NCBI GenBank assembly: GCA_965644315.1
Contig: CBFFRQ010000061.1
Location: 1-64,000, forward strand
Origin: Caecitellus pseudoparvulus
Lineage: Eukaryota; Protista; Bigyra: Bicosoecida
Length of the DNA: 64,000 nt
Reading direction: 5' to 3'
The stretch's first letter is position 1. Each line of letters begins with the position of its first letter. The position numbers were made by a program, and so were the translations under genes. The notes under the pieces are model-generated. The model worked only from the letters and a program-made list of their open reading frames with translations, was not told the DNA's origin and searched no databases. Positions 49,301 to 60,800 of this stretch are shown here, piece after piece.

Positions 49301-52300
49301 TTGCGAAGTGCGTCCGCCTTCAACGCGGCACGCTCATGCAGCCAGGCGTACTGTACCAAGATTGAAGCTGGCACAGACTGGGAGCCGACGATCGGCGCAG
49401 GAGCCCGGAAGCAGGGATGCTCGGCAGCCTCAGCAGGCAGCTTCCCTTCTCCCATCAAGGGAAGCATGTCCCCGACTACATCGCCGGATAGGGCAGGCAC
49501 AGGCAGGAACAGCGTCCGCTGCAGCCGGGCAGACACCTCGCCGTCCGCATGGCCCACACCTCCCGCCCCTGGCGCTCCAAACTGTTGCGCGGCATGCAAG
49601 GCAAGTGCACTGGAGCCGATGGCACACCAACCCCGTCCTTCGCGCAGCATGGCGGGCTGCAGATTGGCGGAGGAAGGAGGGGTTGCAGGCAGCCTGGCAG
49701 TCTGAGCAACGAGCGCCGTGAGGCAGCGAGCAGGGCGCAAGCCTGCGTCTGGCGTCGCAGACTGCAGCGGCATGTTCCCAGCACTGCCCGTGCCACCCTT
49801 GCGCGCATCCCCAGAGCCCCAAGCAGGCAGGTACCACCCGTGAGCTCCAGGCACACCGGCTCCATTCCGGCGCACAGCTACACCTGCACAGTATGCCAGG
49901 TCATAGCCACCCGTGAACACTGTGAAGAGAGCCCGCAGTACATCTGCCGGGCTGTGGCCGGAGCCGAAGTCAGGCAGCGCAGCGGCACCGGGACATGAGG
50001 CGAACGCATCTTGCAGCAGCCGCTCTTGGAGCCACAGCCCCAGATGAGGCAAACTGCTCTCCAAGGTGTCTGAGTCAGGTGCAGGACTGGGCCCCGCCGA
50101 CGTCGGCGTGACGATGCGCTTGAGCAGTCCCGACAGCACGTTCAGCGGCAAGCCATTCGCAACGACAGACCAGCGTGCACCGCCCCACACCACTCCCAAC
50201 GGACGTCCCAGCAGCGAAGGAGAGGCCACTTCACCAAGGTCAGTGAGGGCGTGGGAAGGTGTCAGGGACTCGGTTTGCCTGGAGGTCACATCCTCCTCTG
50301 CCTCCGCAGGGGGGTGCTGCTCACCGCGCAGCTGCTCGTCGGCTGCCGCGGCGAACTTGCCCACTTCCAGCGTGCCCCGCTGCCTCTGCGACAGTGTGAA
50401 AGTGGAAGACACCTTAACCAACGCAGGACTAAGGGGGCCGCCGGAGGGTGGGCACACCCCTTGTGCAGTGCTGGCGCCCAGTGTGCCCAACCACTCACGC
50501 GGTAGGGGCCGGTAGTCGAAAAACCACTCCGGAGGCCACAGGACGCCGTTGCCCTTCGTGAAGTAATACCGGAAAGCTTGATTGGAACCTCCTCCAAAGG
50601 ACGGCTGACAAGCAGCTGCAGCTTGCACGTCACTGCCTCCCCCGGCCTGCCCCTCAACAGATGGCGGGGCGCTGCTCGGCGTGCCAGGCGGCTCGTCCCG
50701 CACGATGCCGACAGACACGGCAAGTTGCAGCGTGCCCAGGCGGTGAGACGAGACGGGAATGACAAAGTCATGTTTCTGCTTCGTGAGGCCCACCCCCGCA
50801 GCGACAAAGGGCAGGAAGTGCAGGGCGGCCTTGCCTTCAAAGCGTTCGTGGAAGACGCGCTTCTCGAAACGCACGACGTCGTGGGGCCGTGCCCATGACG
50901 CCAAGACCAGCCGCGCCTGGGGAATGGGCAGAGGGATGTCCCCTGCCTCCCCGCTGTCCCCTGCTCCAACCTGGTCGTACACACGCATGCCCAGTGGCGG
51001 CCCTGGGGCGGCGCCACCACGCCCCTCCCCCGCCCAATGCGAGCTGCCAGCAAAGGACATGGAGCCGAAGCCAGAGGAAGCGGCAGAGGCAATGCCTGTA
51101 GCGTCGCCCTGAACTGACGTGCCTCCTTGCATGGCCATGTGGTCCACGGCATCAAAACCTTCGCCGTCCTCCTCACCGTCCACCGTGCGCACGACGCCGA
51201 CCACCTTGCCCACCTTGTCGCACGCGACGTATCGCGTAAAGACAGCGATGAGGTCAAGAGTCACAGTTTGCGTGGACAGCATCTGGACAATAGTCGCAGG
51301 GGAGGCGACGATGTAGTGCACCTTCAGCGCGTTGATGCCCACGACACTGCCCAAGGCGCCTGAGCCGGTGCCCTGCACGGGCAGGCGGCACTTGAACGGC
51401 ACTCGGTGTTCGTCGTGCAGGACACTGTACCTCCATTCGAGGTGCCGCACTTGCTTTGCGACAGAGGGTGAGACGTGCCGCACAACACGCCCAATGTCTC
51501 CCGCAGAGCTTGAACCCACAGACGCCTGTGCAGCGGCGACATCAGCATCGGCAGCTGCGAGGAGCGCTTCGTCCTCTGTCACACTGGGCAGGCCTTGGAA
51601 GTGACGGAAGAAAAACACGACCCGGAACTGGTGCAGGCGCTCTGCAGGTAGCCCTGCGACTGCTGCTGCCGCATGCACATCCCCAATTGGCACCCGCGTG
51701 AGGCGGCCGATGTGGGGTAGATTGGCAGGCACATGTGCCAGGCGCCGAGCTGCAGAGGAGGCCCCGGACTTGTCTCGCGTCCGTGTGTTCACAGCCACGT
51801 TCAGCAGGCTGGCCACCACGACTCCACGCGTGACGGGCTTTAGCAGTGCCAAGTTCTTCAGTTCAATGGCTGTCCGCACGGCTGCCCGGCGCGCTTTCAC
51901 GCTGCCGTACTCCTGCAGCACGCCAGCTGCCCCTTGCCTGTGCACTTCTCGGGTGGCTATGGGGCCTGTGTCGTCCCACTCATGATCCTCAGAAAAGTCC
52001 ATGTCATCCCGCCCAGATGCGGCAGCGAAGGAGGCTGTATCAGCCATCGCCTCCAGCACAGCGTTCGGCTGCGTAATGGGCAACTTGGACAGCAGCGCAT
52101 CAACCCAGGTGGGGTTCTCCGACAGTGCGTCCACCACCGCCGAAACGAGGGCCCACGGCACATCCCCAGCCTTGACACGAGAAGGACTCACACCCCGGTG
52201 CAGAGAGCCTACACCTTGCGACACAGAGAATGCTGCCTGCACCGCGCGGGAAAAACGCTCATCAAATGTGAGTGGGTCGCCGCCAACCTTGCCCTTGCTC

Positions 52301-55300
52301 TCACTCGTCATGGCAGAGGGAAAAGGAGGGGAGGGACCGAAGCTGGGGGGGCTTCCCACCAGGGATGTCTCCCGCGCCGCCAAGTGCTGCTGGGCTGCCG
52401 AAGATGCCTCGTCGAAGGCTGCCCGTGCAGCCACAGTCATGAGCTCATACGCAGAGGACAGGGCGCCCGCTGTGCCCGGGCGGTCCCCTGACCCCGTTGT
52501 CTCGCCGCCTATTTGCTGCAGACCAGAGAGCCCTGTGACCACGCCGTCCTTGCGAGACTCGGGCAGCGGCCCCAGCGCCTGCACACCGATGGTGCCCACC
52601 AGCTCAGCGGACGCCGAGTAGCGCCCCTGCCCCTCCTCGAAGCCCGGCACGACACTCACGTCATCTGCGGGCATGCCCGCTTCAGCCCGCTGGGTCTGCC
52701 GCTTGCGAATGGCGTGGGAGATGTCTCCGCTGTCTCCGTCATCCGAGGCGCTCCACGCGTCGTCGCCCTCCTGCGGGCCGCCCCAGCCGCCCCGCGCTGG
52801 GGCCAGGCTCCCCACGCCACTGGCCGAGCTGTCCTCAGCGCCGGAAGATGTGCCCGACTGGCCACTAGTTGACACCAGGCGGCGTCTACGCCTGCGGTGG
52901 CTGGCACGCTCAGCGTCTTGCCGTCGTCTGCGCTGCTCCCCCTCTCGCGCCCAGTTCATCACCGCACCGCCGCCGTCGCCCGGGCCCTTCGTGGACTGAT
53001 CCGCCTCTCCACGCATCGCGCCGCTGCCGAGAACTGACGCAAGGGGGCGAATGGGCACCTTCGCATGCTCGGCGGCGACAGCCTGGCCCAAGGGCGAGTG
53101 CATGTTGCTGAGAGTCGGGTGCAGTCCGATTGCCGAGGCAAACTCCTTGGCCACAGTTTGCAGCTTTCGTTGCGCTTGGTACACTGCATAGCACAAATTG
53201 CACACAGACACCTTGTTATAAGCGGTGGCAGCCAGCAGGCTGTCCCCTGCTGAGCTCGCACTGGGGTTCAGGGCGCTAGCGACGCCCTCTGCCGCAGCTG
53301 GCAGTCCACCCCGCTGCCCTGACTGGGCTGATGAGGAGCCAATTTGTGCACTGGCTACTGCCTGACTCAGCCACCCAGCCGACCAGCCTCTGTGCTGCAG
53401 TGACTGTGCAACTGTAGACAACATGTGCTTCGAAAGTTGCACGGAAAGTGCGGGGCGCAGCGCGGCAGCTTCGGCACCCCCTAGGTGGGCATCGCTCTTT
53501 CGCGAAGCAGCAGCCAGTGCCTGGTCAGACATGCCGAAGAGGGTTCCAGTTTCACGCAGCTGCTTGTCGTGCTCTGCTTGTTGCCTGCGTGCCGCGCGCT
53601 GTGCTCTCGCTTTGGCCCTGCGCTCGTCCAAGCCTCGTTGCAAGCGGCTGGAGTGGTCTTGAGCTTGCTCGATCAGCGCAGCCGTCGTGGCTGCGCTGTT
53701 GCTGTGTCGATTGGCAGCCACCGCTGTTGCGTACTGCTCCGTGATGCCCAGCAGCCCTGCCGCTGCTGGCTCGCCAGCGTGCCGCGCATGAGTCAGGCGC
53801 TGACTGACGGTGCGCCGCAGTGCCGCAGTGGAAGACTGCAGGCTAGTACTTAGGCCGTGGAAGGCAACGGAGTCGGGCGACGCTGCTGCTCGCTGAGACA
53901 GCGTGCGCTGCAGCGCTGCCGAGCTGCCGAACGACTGCACGGAGGAGACAGACTGGGATTTCGTGGGGGACCAGCTAAATGGAGACTGCCCGGCTCCCTG
54001 CCCTGCCCCCGCCGCCCCTGCCTGTGCTCCAGCGTCACGCTGGGTGGGCCAGGGCTTCAGGGGATCTGCTGCTTGCATGGTGGCGTCCACCCCCGCCACC
54101 AGGTCATCCACTGACTGAATGTGTGCCAGCAGCTTGGCGGTGCCCTTCAGCGAGCGAGGCAGCAGTCCGCGACTGGAATACGTGGAGGAAGTCACGCCTG
54201 CCGTCGTCATGCCGTCAACAAACTCGGCCGCTTTCGAAAGAGGTGCGCGGTGCTGCCCAGACAGCACCAAGTCCTCGTCACCAGCTTCGGCTGCTGCGAC
54301 CTGCCGCTGCGCTGCCGTGGCAGCCAGGCGCGGCGCTGCAGCTGTGCCACTGTCGATTTTCGCAGCAACTTGGCCCATGCGAGAGCGGTGTGCGTCTTTG
54401 ATGTGTCCGTCTGCGCTGTCCCCCTTTCTCCACATCCCACCTGAAGCGTGGAAGGCTGCCAAGCTGTCCAAGTGCCCGCCCCACTCTTTCCCCGCTCGCA
54501 GGTGACCCATGGCATCCGTCAAGCCTGCCTGGCGTGCAGCCCCGCTCACGCCAGTCGGCTGCGTCGATGAGCCGCCCTGCTCGTGGGGCATACTTGCCCT
54601 CAAACTCATGCCAAGCCCCCCCACGCCTGCCCCTTCAGAGGTGCGCTCCGGCACCATGCCCCCCCGTGCCGCCACCGCCTCGCGGGCCATTGCAGCAGCT
54701 TCCTGAAGAAACACCGTGTGGGCAGGCATGAGCTCCTGCGGTGTGAAGCGCAGACGGCACAAGTGGCACATGCGACTGGCCACTGCCCTCGCCCGAACGT
54801 CGCTGGACACGCCACCCCCCCTGACACAGCTGCGCAGACCGCTAGCTTGCGCCAAGTGCAGCTGCCCGTCCAGGGGAATGTCATCAGCAGACGCAAACCC
54901 CAACTCGCGCACAAAGCCTTGCACCGCCTTGGCCATGCCAGCCACGTTGTCGGCAGGTGCGACCTGCAGCGCCGAGCCGCCGTGCATCAGTTGCTCGGCC
55001 AAAGATAAGGTCTCCTCGGCAGAGGAGGATGTTTGAGCGAGTGCCGACGACCCTGCTTCGCCCTGCTCCCCGCCTGTGTCCGCCTTACCTTCGTTGCCAG
55101 CTGCGCTGGGGCGTGTGGACCGCTGCCTGTGCAGCAAGGCAGCAGCTGACGATGCGAGAGCCTGGGACTGGTCTGCTTGCGAGCCGTCCCCACGCGCGCG
55201 CAGCTCCTCCAGCTCAGCTTGCGTGGGGAGAGCGGAGTCCGAATCGCTGCTGTCCAGATCTGGGCTGGCGGGCGGAGCGGCGAACGCTGACACGGGCCCC

Positions 55301-57216
55301 TCCCCGCTGCCCCGTCCGCTGCCGGGCCGCGGGGAGGAAGAGGGGGCTGTGTGAGCATGAGCCTGCAATGCACCCGGTGTGTGCCCGAGCCAGTGCAGCA
55401 CGCGCTTCAGGCGCACTGCGCGTTGCTCGGCGGCGGGCGTCAGCTTAAACGCTTTGACTTGCAGCATCCACCACAAGCCTGCATCATCCTTCACAAAGTC
55501 AGCCGTGAGCCACTGCATGCCGCACGTGGCAGGCCCATCTCCGTGGGCGCTGGAGGCCCAGCCCCAAGCGGAAGGCACCCCTGCACAAATGGCTTTCACC
55601 AGCTGCCGAGTGCGGCGGATGGGCTCTTGCACTGCCCGCCCCGCCATGCGTGTCGCAGAGAAGACGCCAGCCTGTGCCACTGCGAGGGAAGACAGGCTGA
55701 AGGACTGGCCGTCTGCGCGGTGCTGGTGGGTGTCCTCTCCGCCTTCCCCGCTCAGCAAGGCGGTGGACACGGTGAAGCGGCGCGTCAGATCCGCCTCCTC
55801 AGCGGCAGACACGCCCCCAACGCGGCTCACAGGGACGCCTGCTGCCCCTGTGCTGGCTCCAGCTGCATCATCCACGATGCCTGCATCTGGCGGGGGCGCG
55901 AGCAGGTGCTCGACTCGCCTGCTGGCCTGACGAGGCTGCCCAGCTTCGTCCCTTGGCGCGAGTGTGAACACGTACTCCCCGCCACAGTGCATGGCGAGGA
56001 CAGTGGGGGGGGACCCCGCCTTCCACGTGCAGCGGTACACCAAGGGGGAACGCCCCTTGCTCTTGACATACGCCTGCACCAGGAACTTGTCGCGGTCTGC
56101 CGTGTGCAGGCGGGGGGCTAGGGAGGGGCCAGGCAACACCGCCACCTCCGAGCGGCAAGCACCAGCCCACCGGGCAGCACTCTTCATGACGGCAAGGGGT
56201 GTGATGCGCAGGTCAGCGCCCAGCTCTGCCTGTCGATTAGCCAGGCGCTCGTGCCTCAACTGGGACGTGGCGCGTTTCGTCGCAGGTGCAGCTGCCGCGC
56301 TGGCGGGTCGCGCAGACTGGGTCAGACTGCCCCGTCCAGAGGCCAGCGTGCGTCCCAGAGACGCAGACTTGGGTCGCCATGATGTAGAACGGGACGTTGA
56401 CGCCTGGAGGGCTTCCTGGCTGAAGCCACTGACGTCCTGTTGGGGAGCTGGGCTGCCAAATGCAGGCGGTGAGGCGAGGGGTGAGGCGGCGGGAGATCGC
56501 CCAGTGGACTTGACTGGCGCCACGCTCAGCGGGGCAGAGCTAGGCTGGGGAAGGGGCCCTCTTGCAGACGGTGCCGCCGGGCTGGCGGCTCGAGCTCGCA
56601 GGCGACCCGCTGCCAGCTCGGCGGCCGTGCCGAGGTCGAAGCAGGAATGCGCCACACACGCCTTGCGGAAGGGGGCGATCCACTTGTCGTCCAGGCTGCC
56701 CCCCAGCTTCACAGTCAGAGTGGGCTCGGCCCCGTCGTCGTAGGCGTGTCGAGTGGACAGCCAGGCGGTGTCGGTGCCGTCGCTGATGAGGGTGTGGGGC
56801 AGGCGCAGTCCAGTCAGCGGGCGCCCAGAAGCCGCCTGCAGCGCCAGCCACAGCAGGGAGTCCACACCTGGTTGAAAGGGCAGGTGTGAATAGTACTCTG
56901 CTGACAGCTCAGGCCACGCATCGTGGGCGTTGGCTGCGGCAACGGCTTCCTCCGCTGCGCTGCGACGACGGGGCGGCTGTGGCTCGGGGTGCCGCTCCAC
57001 AACCTGACTGGCAACGGGTGCAGCGGAGGACACAAGGGGCGACGAGGGGGCGGTGTGCTCTTCATGGTCGGAAGTGGCTCCGCCGACAACCCCTTCAAGG
57101 CCGACGCTGGTGATGAAGGTGTCCGGGTCGTGCTGGGCCGTCTTTGCCTCATCGCTGAAAGCCACTCCCCGTTGCTCCACCGGTCTGGAGGACTCCATCA
57201 GTGCCTGCCTGATCAC
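46324..57216 (-). CDS. Very large hypothetical protein (~3600 aa) with an EF-hand-like loop and CxxC pairs; true start uncertain
   Basis: Single 3630-codon open frame; LFHLADSNVTGDVDIGEL (EF-hand-like); CHLC and VCNLCY; mostly low-complexity linkers. Confidence 0.7.
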   Translation of the reverse strand: MIRQALMESSRPVEQRGVAFSDEAKTAQHDPDTFITSVGLEGVVGGATSDHEEHTAPSSPLVSSAAPVASQVVERHPEPQPPRRRSAAEEAVAAANAHDAWPELSAEYYSHLPFQPGVDSLLWLALQAASGRPLTGLRLPHTLISDGTDTAWLSTRHAYDDGAEPTLTVKLGGSLDDKWIAPFRKACVAHSCFDLGTAAELAAGRLRARAASPAAPSARGPLPQPSSAPLSVAPVKSTGRSPAASPLASPPAFGSPAPQQDVSGFSQEALQASTSRSTSWRPKSASLGRTLASGRGSLTQSARPASAAAAPATKRATSQLRHERLANRQAELGADLRITPLAVMKSAARWAGACRSEVAVLPGPSLAPRLHTADRDKFLVQAYVKSKGRSPLVYRCTWKAGSPPTVLAMHCGGEYVFTLAPRDEAGQPRQASRRVEHLLAPPPDAGIVDDAAGASTGAAGVPVSRVGGVSAAEEADLTRRFTVSTALLSGEGGEDTHQHRADGQSFSLSSLAVAQAGVFSATRMAGRAVQEPIRRTRQLVKAICAGVPSAWGWASSAHGDGPATCGMQWLTADFVKDDAGLWWMLQVKAFKLTPAAEQRAVRLKRVLHWLGHTPGALQAHAHTAPSSSPRPGSGRGSGEGPVSAFAAPPASPDLDSSDSDSALPTQAELEELRARGDGSQADQSQALASSAAALLHRQRSTRPSAAGNEGKADTGGEQGEAGSSALAQTSSSAEETLSLAEQLMHGGSALQVAPADNVAGMAKAVQGFVRELGFASADDIPLDGQLHLAQASGLRSCVRGGGVSSDVRARAVASRMCHLCRLRFTPQELMPAHTVFLQEAAAMAREAVAARGGMVPERTSEGAGVGGLGMSLRASMPHEQGGSSTQPTGVSGAARQAGLTDAMGHLRAGKEWGGHLDSLAAFHASGGMWRKGDSADGHIKDAHRSRMGQVAAKIDSGTAAAPRLAATAAQRQVAAAEAGDEDLVLSGQHRAPLSKAAEFVDGMTTAGVTSSTYSSRGLLPRSLKGTAKLLAHIQSVDDLVAGVDATMQAADPLKPWPTQRDAGAQAGAAGAGQGAGQSPFSWSPTKSQSVSSVQSFGSSAALQRTLSQRAAASPDSVAFHGLSTSLQSSTAALRRTVSQRLTHARHAGEPAAAGLLGITEQYATAVAANRHSNSAATTAALIEQAQDHSSRLQRGLDERRAKARAQRAARRQQAEHDKQLRETGTLFGMSDQALAAASRKSDAHLGGAEAAALRPALSVQLSKHMLSTVAQSLQHRGWSAGWLSQAVASAQIGSSSAQSGQRGGLPAAAEGVASALNPSASSAGDSLLAATAYNKVSVCNLCYAVYQAQRKLQTVAKEFASAIGLHPTLSNMHSPLGQAVAAEHAKVPIRPLASVLGSGAMRGEADQSTKGPGDGGGAVMNWAREGEQRRRRQDAERASHRRRRRRLVSTSGQSGTSSGAEDSSASGVGSLAPARGGWGGPQEGDDAWSASDDGDSGDISHAIRKRQTQRAEAGMPADDVSVVPGFEEGQGRYSASAELVGTIGVQALGPLPESRKDGVVTGLSGLQQIGGETTGSGDRPGTAGALSSAYELMTVAARAAFDEASSAAQQHLAARETSLVGSPPSFGPSPPFPSAMTSESKGKVGGDPLTFDERFSRAVQAAFSVSQGVGSLHRGVSPSRVKAGDVPWALVSAVVDALSENPTWVDALLSKLPITQPNAVLEAMADTASFAAASGRDDMDFSEDHEWDDTGPIATREVHRQGAAGVLQEYGSVKARRAAVRTAIELKNLALLKPVTRGVVVASLLNVAVNTRTRDKSGASSAARRLAHVPANLPHIGRLTRVPIGDVHAAAAVAGLPAERLHQFRVVFFFRHFQGLPSVTEDEALLAAADADVAAAQASVGSSSAGDIGRVVRHVSPSVAKQVRHLEWRYSVLHDEHRVPFKCRLPVQGTGSGALGSVVGINALKVHYIVASPATIVQMLSTQTVTLDLIAVFTRYVACDKVGKVVGVVRTVDGEEDGEGFDAVDHMAMQGGTSVQGDATGIASAASSGFGSMSFAGSSHWAGEGRGGAAPGPPLGMRVYDQVGAGDSGEAGDIPLPIPQARLVLASWARPHDVVRFEKRVFHERFEGKAALHFLPFVAAGVGLTKQKHDFVIPVSSHRLGTLQLAVSVGIVRDEPPGTPSSAPPSVEGQAGGGSDVQAAAACQPSFGGGSNQAFRYYFTKGNGVLWPPEWFFDYRPLPREWLGTLGASTAQGVCPPSGGPLSPALVKVSSTFTLSQRQRGTLEVGKFAAAADEQLRGEQHPPAEAEEDVTSRQTESLTPSHALTDLGEVASPSLLGRPLGVVWGGARWSVVANGLPLNVLSGLLKRIVTPTSAGPSPAPDSDTLESSLPHLGLWLQERLLQDAFASCPGAAALPDFGSGHSPADVLRALFTVFTGGYDLAYCAGVAVRRNGAGVPGAHGWYLPAWGSGDARKGGTGSAGNMPLQSATPDAGLRPARCLTALVAQTARLPATPPSSANLQPAMLREGRGWCAIGSSALALHAAQQFGAPGAGGVGHADGEVSARLQRTLFLPVPALSGDVVGDMLPLMGEGKLPAEAAEHPCFRAPAPIVGSQSVPASILVQYAWLHERAALKADALRNRGSNATTFLSSLRRGGEPGSSKRDGRRASSVVQEDSSVPLMSVRSRTGPSASVDTPPRQHGPDAPSELEVSTSALSLPSPQDGHGTRHGFRPELHPDSKWTVVRQALREGTFKPGGRARLTPSIWLSLAALLESNWRPPEQVDRQAVVVQAAMQALGLHSSKHDRNRRKGRGGRAPSDARLGSTAGSARTPLAESSMPSPFSGKAGFPPVPESTDTPLADSTGTLEPAAHGGKGMEVRDSSRLPLSGPSDRRLTWGDLCAALQAREVSDLRHAAASAEQEGKLDVPLLHKLPIVIAVAEDGRASVPAQVVPDTVLAALSRRAGVQMFVPFDVPTAHSPALALRDSRHRQLRRQVLFRQLFHLADSNVTGDVDIGELRATLLQEGQLYLAETRKLLATRQPCTRADLLGSLCSGIETRRFMARWLLQDAALNGLMGAYVESAAGRLSYLEWMAVAECAFHLATARGHPLSAVVWGFSDSLGREAPVMAADRYCACSLHLQLQLQGTVVAAQQVALGSPLTVSSVTGKLLPSPGGHQLQRGAQTPFAPPGMTAPARGASLVVDTQTPEADAATPWGLPPARPADLASRQAAALPVSFACASLPLHCDPGVVFLGKGGVISQVRHTRSSTPHLSAPELVWGGGSALSQHSDSGSSEVGTYQPSLASPHREPQLLPPSSPPVRAWDVAAAPGPRTPPKAETVHAQVRIAARKGATSTPWSKPAAKAPSPGPRRRRRRAGDPQHSSGLLASATVGSAKALPPGYVPSPQQLRGEEGMHSALQDMLAAQGARQEGWEDDGAFSPATHLLRPSSPLHTDKAGSQAAKARRRPRPASAVPRQASKGQGGSHARLRLAASKRRRPASALPSTTPMVRGGGEARLAPKAAWEGEHRSASASRKPRRAGSRRGRRKGLTLRSVGSAAGMDRIGGKRIRKARLEKGLPPKGMGGSGSVGGGASSLGAGSAWGHGGQAHSEASFHLHAGPGDGDSFVDPFSTDL

Positions 57217-57815
57217 CCACGCAGATATTCAAGAGTGTATCTCTTGAGGCTGTTGGGCTTCAACCTTCCAAACGTCCCCAGTTCGCTTCAATTCTGAGGA
57301 AAAGAGGGGGCGTGCGTTGGACGAAACGCTGACATGAAACCCTGCCCCGCAACGGCAGCCCGTCGGCGGCGCGCCTTTCCACGCTCATGGCACAGATACA
57401 TTGCACACGTGTGTACTCACGATTTTTATTGCCGCTGATGCCGACGTCGCAGTCCTCGGGGCAACAGGGAGCTGGAGGCGCTCTGCGGCAAGAATCGCCT
57501 TTGGGCTAGGTCGCAACGACTCTTGGCTGTGTTTCTCTGGAGACGAGCTGGTTTGCAAAGTACGGCGGAAAGGGGCGCCAAAGCATGGATCCCTATCGCC
57601 TGTATAGTCTGCTTCTGGTTTTTTGCGTGGGTCTGTCCACTGCACGTGCCTTGGTCGTGCCATTCGCCTGCTGTAGGCTCAGTGGTGCCGGCATGGCCAC
57701 GTCCCAGTACCTCCGCACATCCACCACTCCTGCCAAAACACCCATGCCAACAAGGGAAGTACTCAGCCACCCCCCCCCTCATTGCCAGTACTTCACACTC
57801 ACACCCCCTCGCGTC

Positions 57816-60800
57816 ATGCGAGGGCTGTCAGCGCTGCTGCTGGCTGCGGCTGCCGCCACGGCAGTCTGCCAGCCCGCTGCACCGCACGTCTCGGTGGACC
57901 TGCCGCCACATGCCAAGCCTGGCTCTGCGGATGGGGGCGCGCAGTCCCTTTCAGTGCCGACGTCTGGCGAGCCGCGGGCCTTCAAGCACGGCCACGGCTG
58001 CGGGCACTCCCACCCTGCCACCAGCGCCGACTTGAACCGGCAGCGACGCCTGGCCTCCCGCGTCGTGCAGTTGTACGAAACGCCTGTTGGGCGTGTACCA
58101 ACTGATTTCATCCCAGCCCATGAGGCAGTTAGACTGGGCGTCGGCGGGCCTCTCCGAGTGCAGGTGCGTGAGCTGGAGCTGCGCCAAGAAACGCTGCGTG
58201 CTCTCTCGACCACCGGTGACGCGTTCCTCACCGCGCCGCCAAGCTTGCCGCGAGTGCCCCAGCCAACATGGTCCATGTATACGTTGTGCTCTGCACGCTG
58301 TCCCGGCACCTCTGCGGCTCAGAGGCCTGCTACGCCTCGCGCCAGCGTTGACGCCACCTGAGTGCCACTGGTTGTGTAACTGCTGGTTCTGCCGGGCGTT
58401 GTGATGGATTCGCGCTGCACCTGTCCCGCAGATTGTGTGGGAAGTCGTGGACGCTGGGGAAGTAGACTCCAGCAGCCGCGTGCGCCAGTGCCAAGGTAAG
58501 GCGCCGCCCGTGCCTCGCTCGCTCGCCTGCTGCGAGCCTCAGCTTCCCCTGCTCGATTTCCGCAGCTACCACCGGCACGGTGCAGGTGCTGGACGAGAGC
58601 AGCAACTTTGTGAACCATGCCTGTGAGCTGGAAGATCGTGTGCAGGGTGGCAGCGGCTCGACACCGGCTTCCCAGGGCCGGTACGATGTCATGAAGACCC
58701 GCACCGAGTTCGCTGTGGAGTACTGGGCGCAGGCTGCCTCAGTGCGGCGCACGGACTCGCCCATTGTCTTGGGCCCTTCTGTCACCAGCACCTTCCCCCA
58801 GATCTCCACGACATCCTACTCCGACGTGGACCTGGTCGTCATCATGACTGCGCGCCCCTCCCCCATCATCCCCATCGCCGGCTTCGCCCTCTGCATGCAG
58901 ATGGACCAGTGGGACCGCTGCACAGTGGGGCACTTCAACTGGGTGCCCTCCATCTTCGACGTCACCAACAGGGAGCGCCCAGACGTCATCGCAGGCGACC
59001 GCCACACGGCGCTGCACGAGCTGGCCCACGTACTGGGGGCTGTGCTCGTCCCCGAAACTGGCGGGGATCCCAACCCCTTCCGCATGCCCGACGGCACCCC
59101 CCGACCAGCCACGGACATCTTCGTCGTGGAGGACGAGTCTGCGCACTATGCCAAGGAGGTCATCAAGGTCAAGACGCCCTCCATCCTGAACCTGGCCCGG
59201 GAAGCCTATGCCTGTGAAGACATGACGGGCGTGCCACTGGAGGATGTGCCTCTGGGCAAGGGTGCCCACTGGGAGAGCCGGGTGCTGGGCCCTGAGCTCA
59301 TGTCCTACGGCAGCAGTGTGGGGGAGGCGTACGTGTCGGACTTCACCCTGGCCTTCCTGAACGACACCAACCAGTACGCTGTGAACTTCACCATGGGCGG
59401 GCGGCTGGTTGAGCCCGAGACACAGTCCTTCACCATCGGCTCCTTCGGCTTCCTGCAGTCTGTGCAGGAAGGTGACCAGGACAGGTATGATCCGCCAGAG
59501 CCCTTGTCGCCAGGGTACCCGCGGTGGGGGCGGGGGGAGGGCTGTGACTTTGTTCTGGGCAGTGCCAAGGACTGGTCTGAGCGGTACAGGTGCAGCGAGC
59601 ACCAGTCGTATGGCTGCAGCTTCGACAACCGCGAGTCTGCCGTGTGTGTGCTGAACGACGCCATCACGGCAGATGCGCCCTTCACCTGCCGTGGCAAGAG
59701 CGGCCCCTGTGCCAACCCACCCGCCGACCGCACCCTGCCCACCATGTACCAGTACTTCACGGACGACGAGGCAGCCGAGGCGTTCCCCTCCTTCACTGGC
59801 ACCTTCAATGGCGCGACGACTGGCGGGTACTCCTCCTCCATGGACTACGTCCCAGTGCGCCTGGGGTACTGGAACTGCGCTGACACGCAGGGCCAAGCCA
59901 GCAACGCCAGCCGCAACAGCGAGGAAGGCGTGGACTCCTCCCTCACTGGCAGCCTCTTCGGCTCGGACACACAAGATGAGATGGACCTCTTCGGGGGGCA
60001 GGCACACTGCCCGGAGTGCCGGTGCTTCCGCTCCTCCCTCATTGAGGTGTCCTCCGGCACTTTCGACCCCCGCTTCCCAGCGTACGGGCTGTGCTACCGC
60101 TCCAACTGCTACCGAGAGGACTACCTGCAGATCGCCATCAAGAACCAGATCGGAGGCGTGTCCTGGTACAAGTGCCCCACGAACGGTGGCAAGCTGTACA
60201 TTGCCGGGTTCACAGGCGCCTTCACGTGCCCTGATGCCGAGGACTTCTGCAGGCACGAGCAGCCAACCGGCATCAAGTACCCCGAAACTGACATCTTCTG
60301 GGAGTTCCTGTTCTGGGGCGTGTCGTTGTTCCTGGTGGTGTTCTTCACCTGCATCTGCTTCGTGCCGTGTTGCCGCGACAAGATGGTCGCCTGTGGCAAG
60401 TATCGCTGTGGTGTCCTCATCTTCGACCCAGTGGAGGTGAGAACAGCCACCCTCGCACAGCGCCCCACCTGGTCACACCGCTCCCGTTCCCCTCTTCTTC
60501 GCAGAAAACCTTCCTGGAACGTGGCCGCATGCCCTCGGACGAGTTGTATCAGCACGTCCCTGAGATGACAGCAGGCTTCGTTCTGCTGGGCACCAACACC
60601 ATCACCCTGGCCGCCGGCTTCATGGTGCTGGGCATCAGCATTTACGCACTGGCCCAGGGCTTCATCTCCACCGCTGCCACGCCCCTCATCGCGCTGGGTG
60701 TCTTCGTCACCATTGTGAGCTTGCTGGGCATGGTGGGCGGGCGCAAGATCGCCGCCGGTGTCAACTGCGCGGTGCTGCTGTTCTTCTACACCGCCATCTC

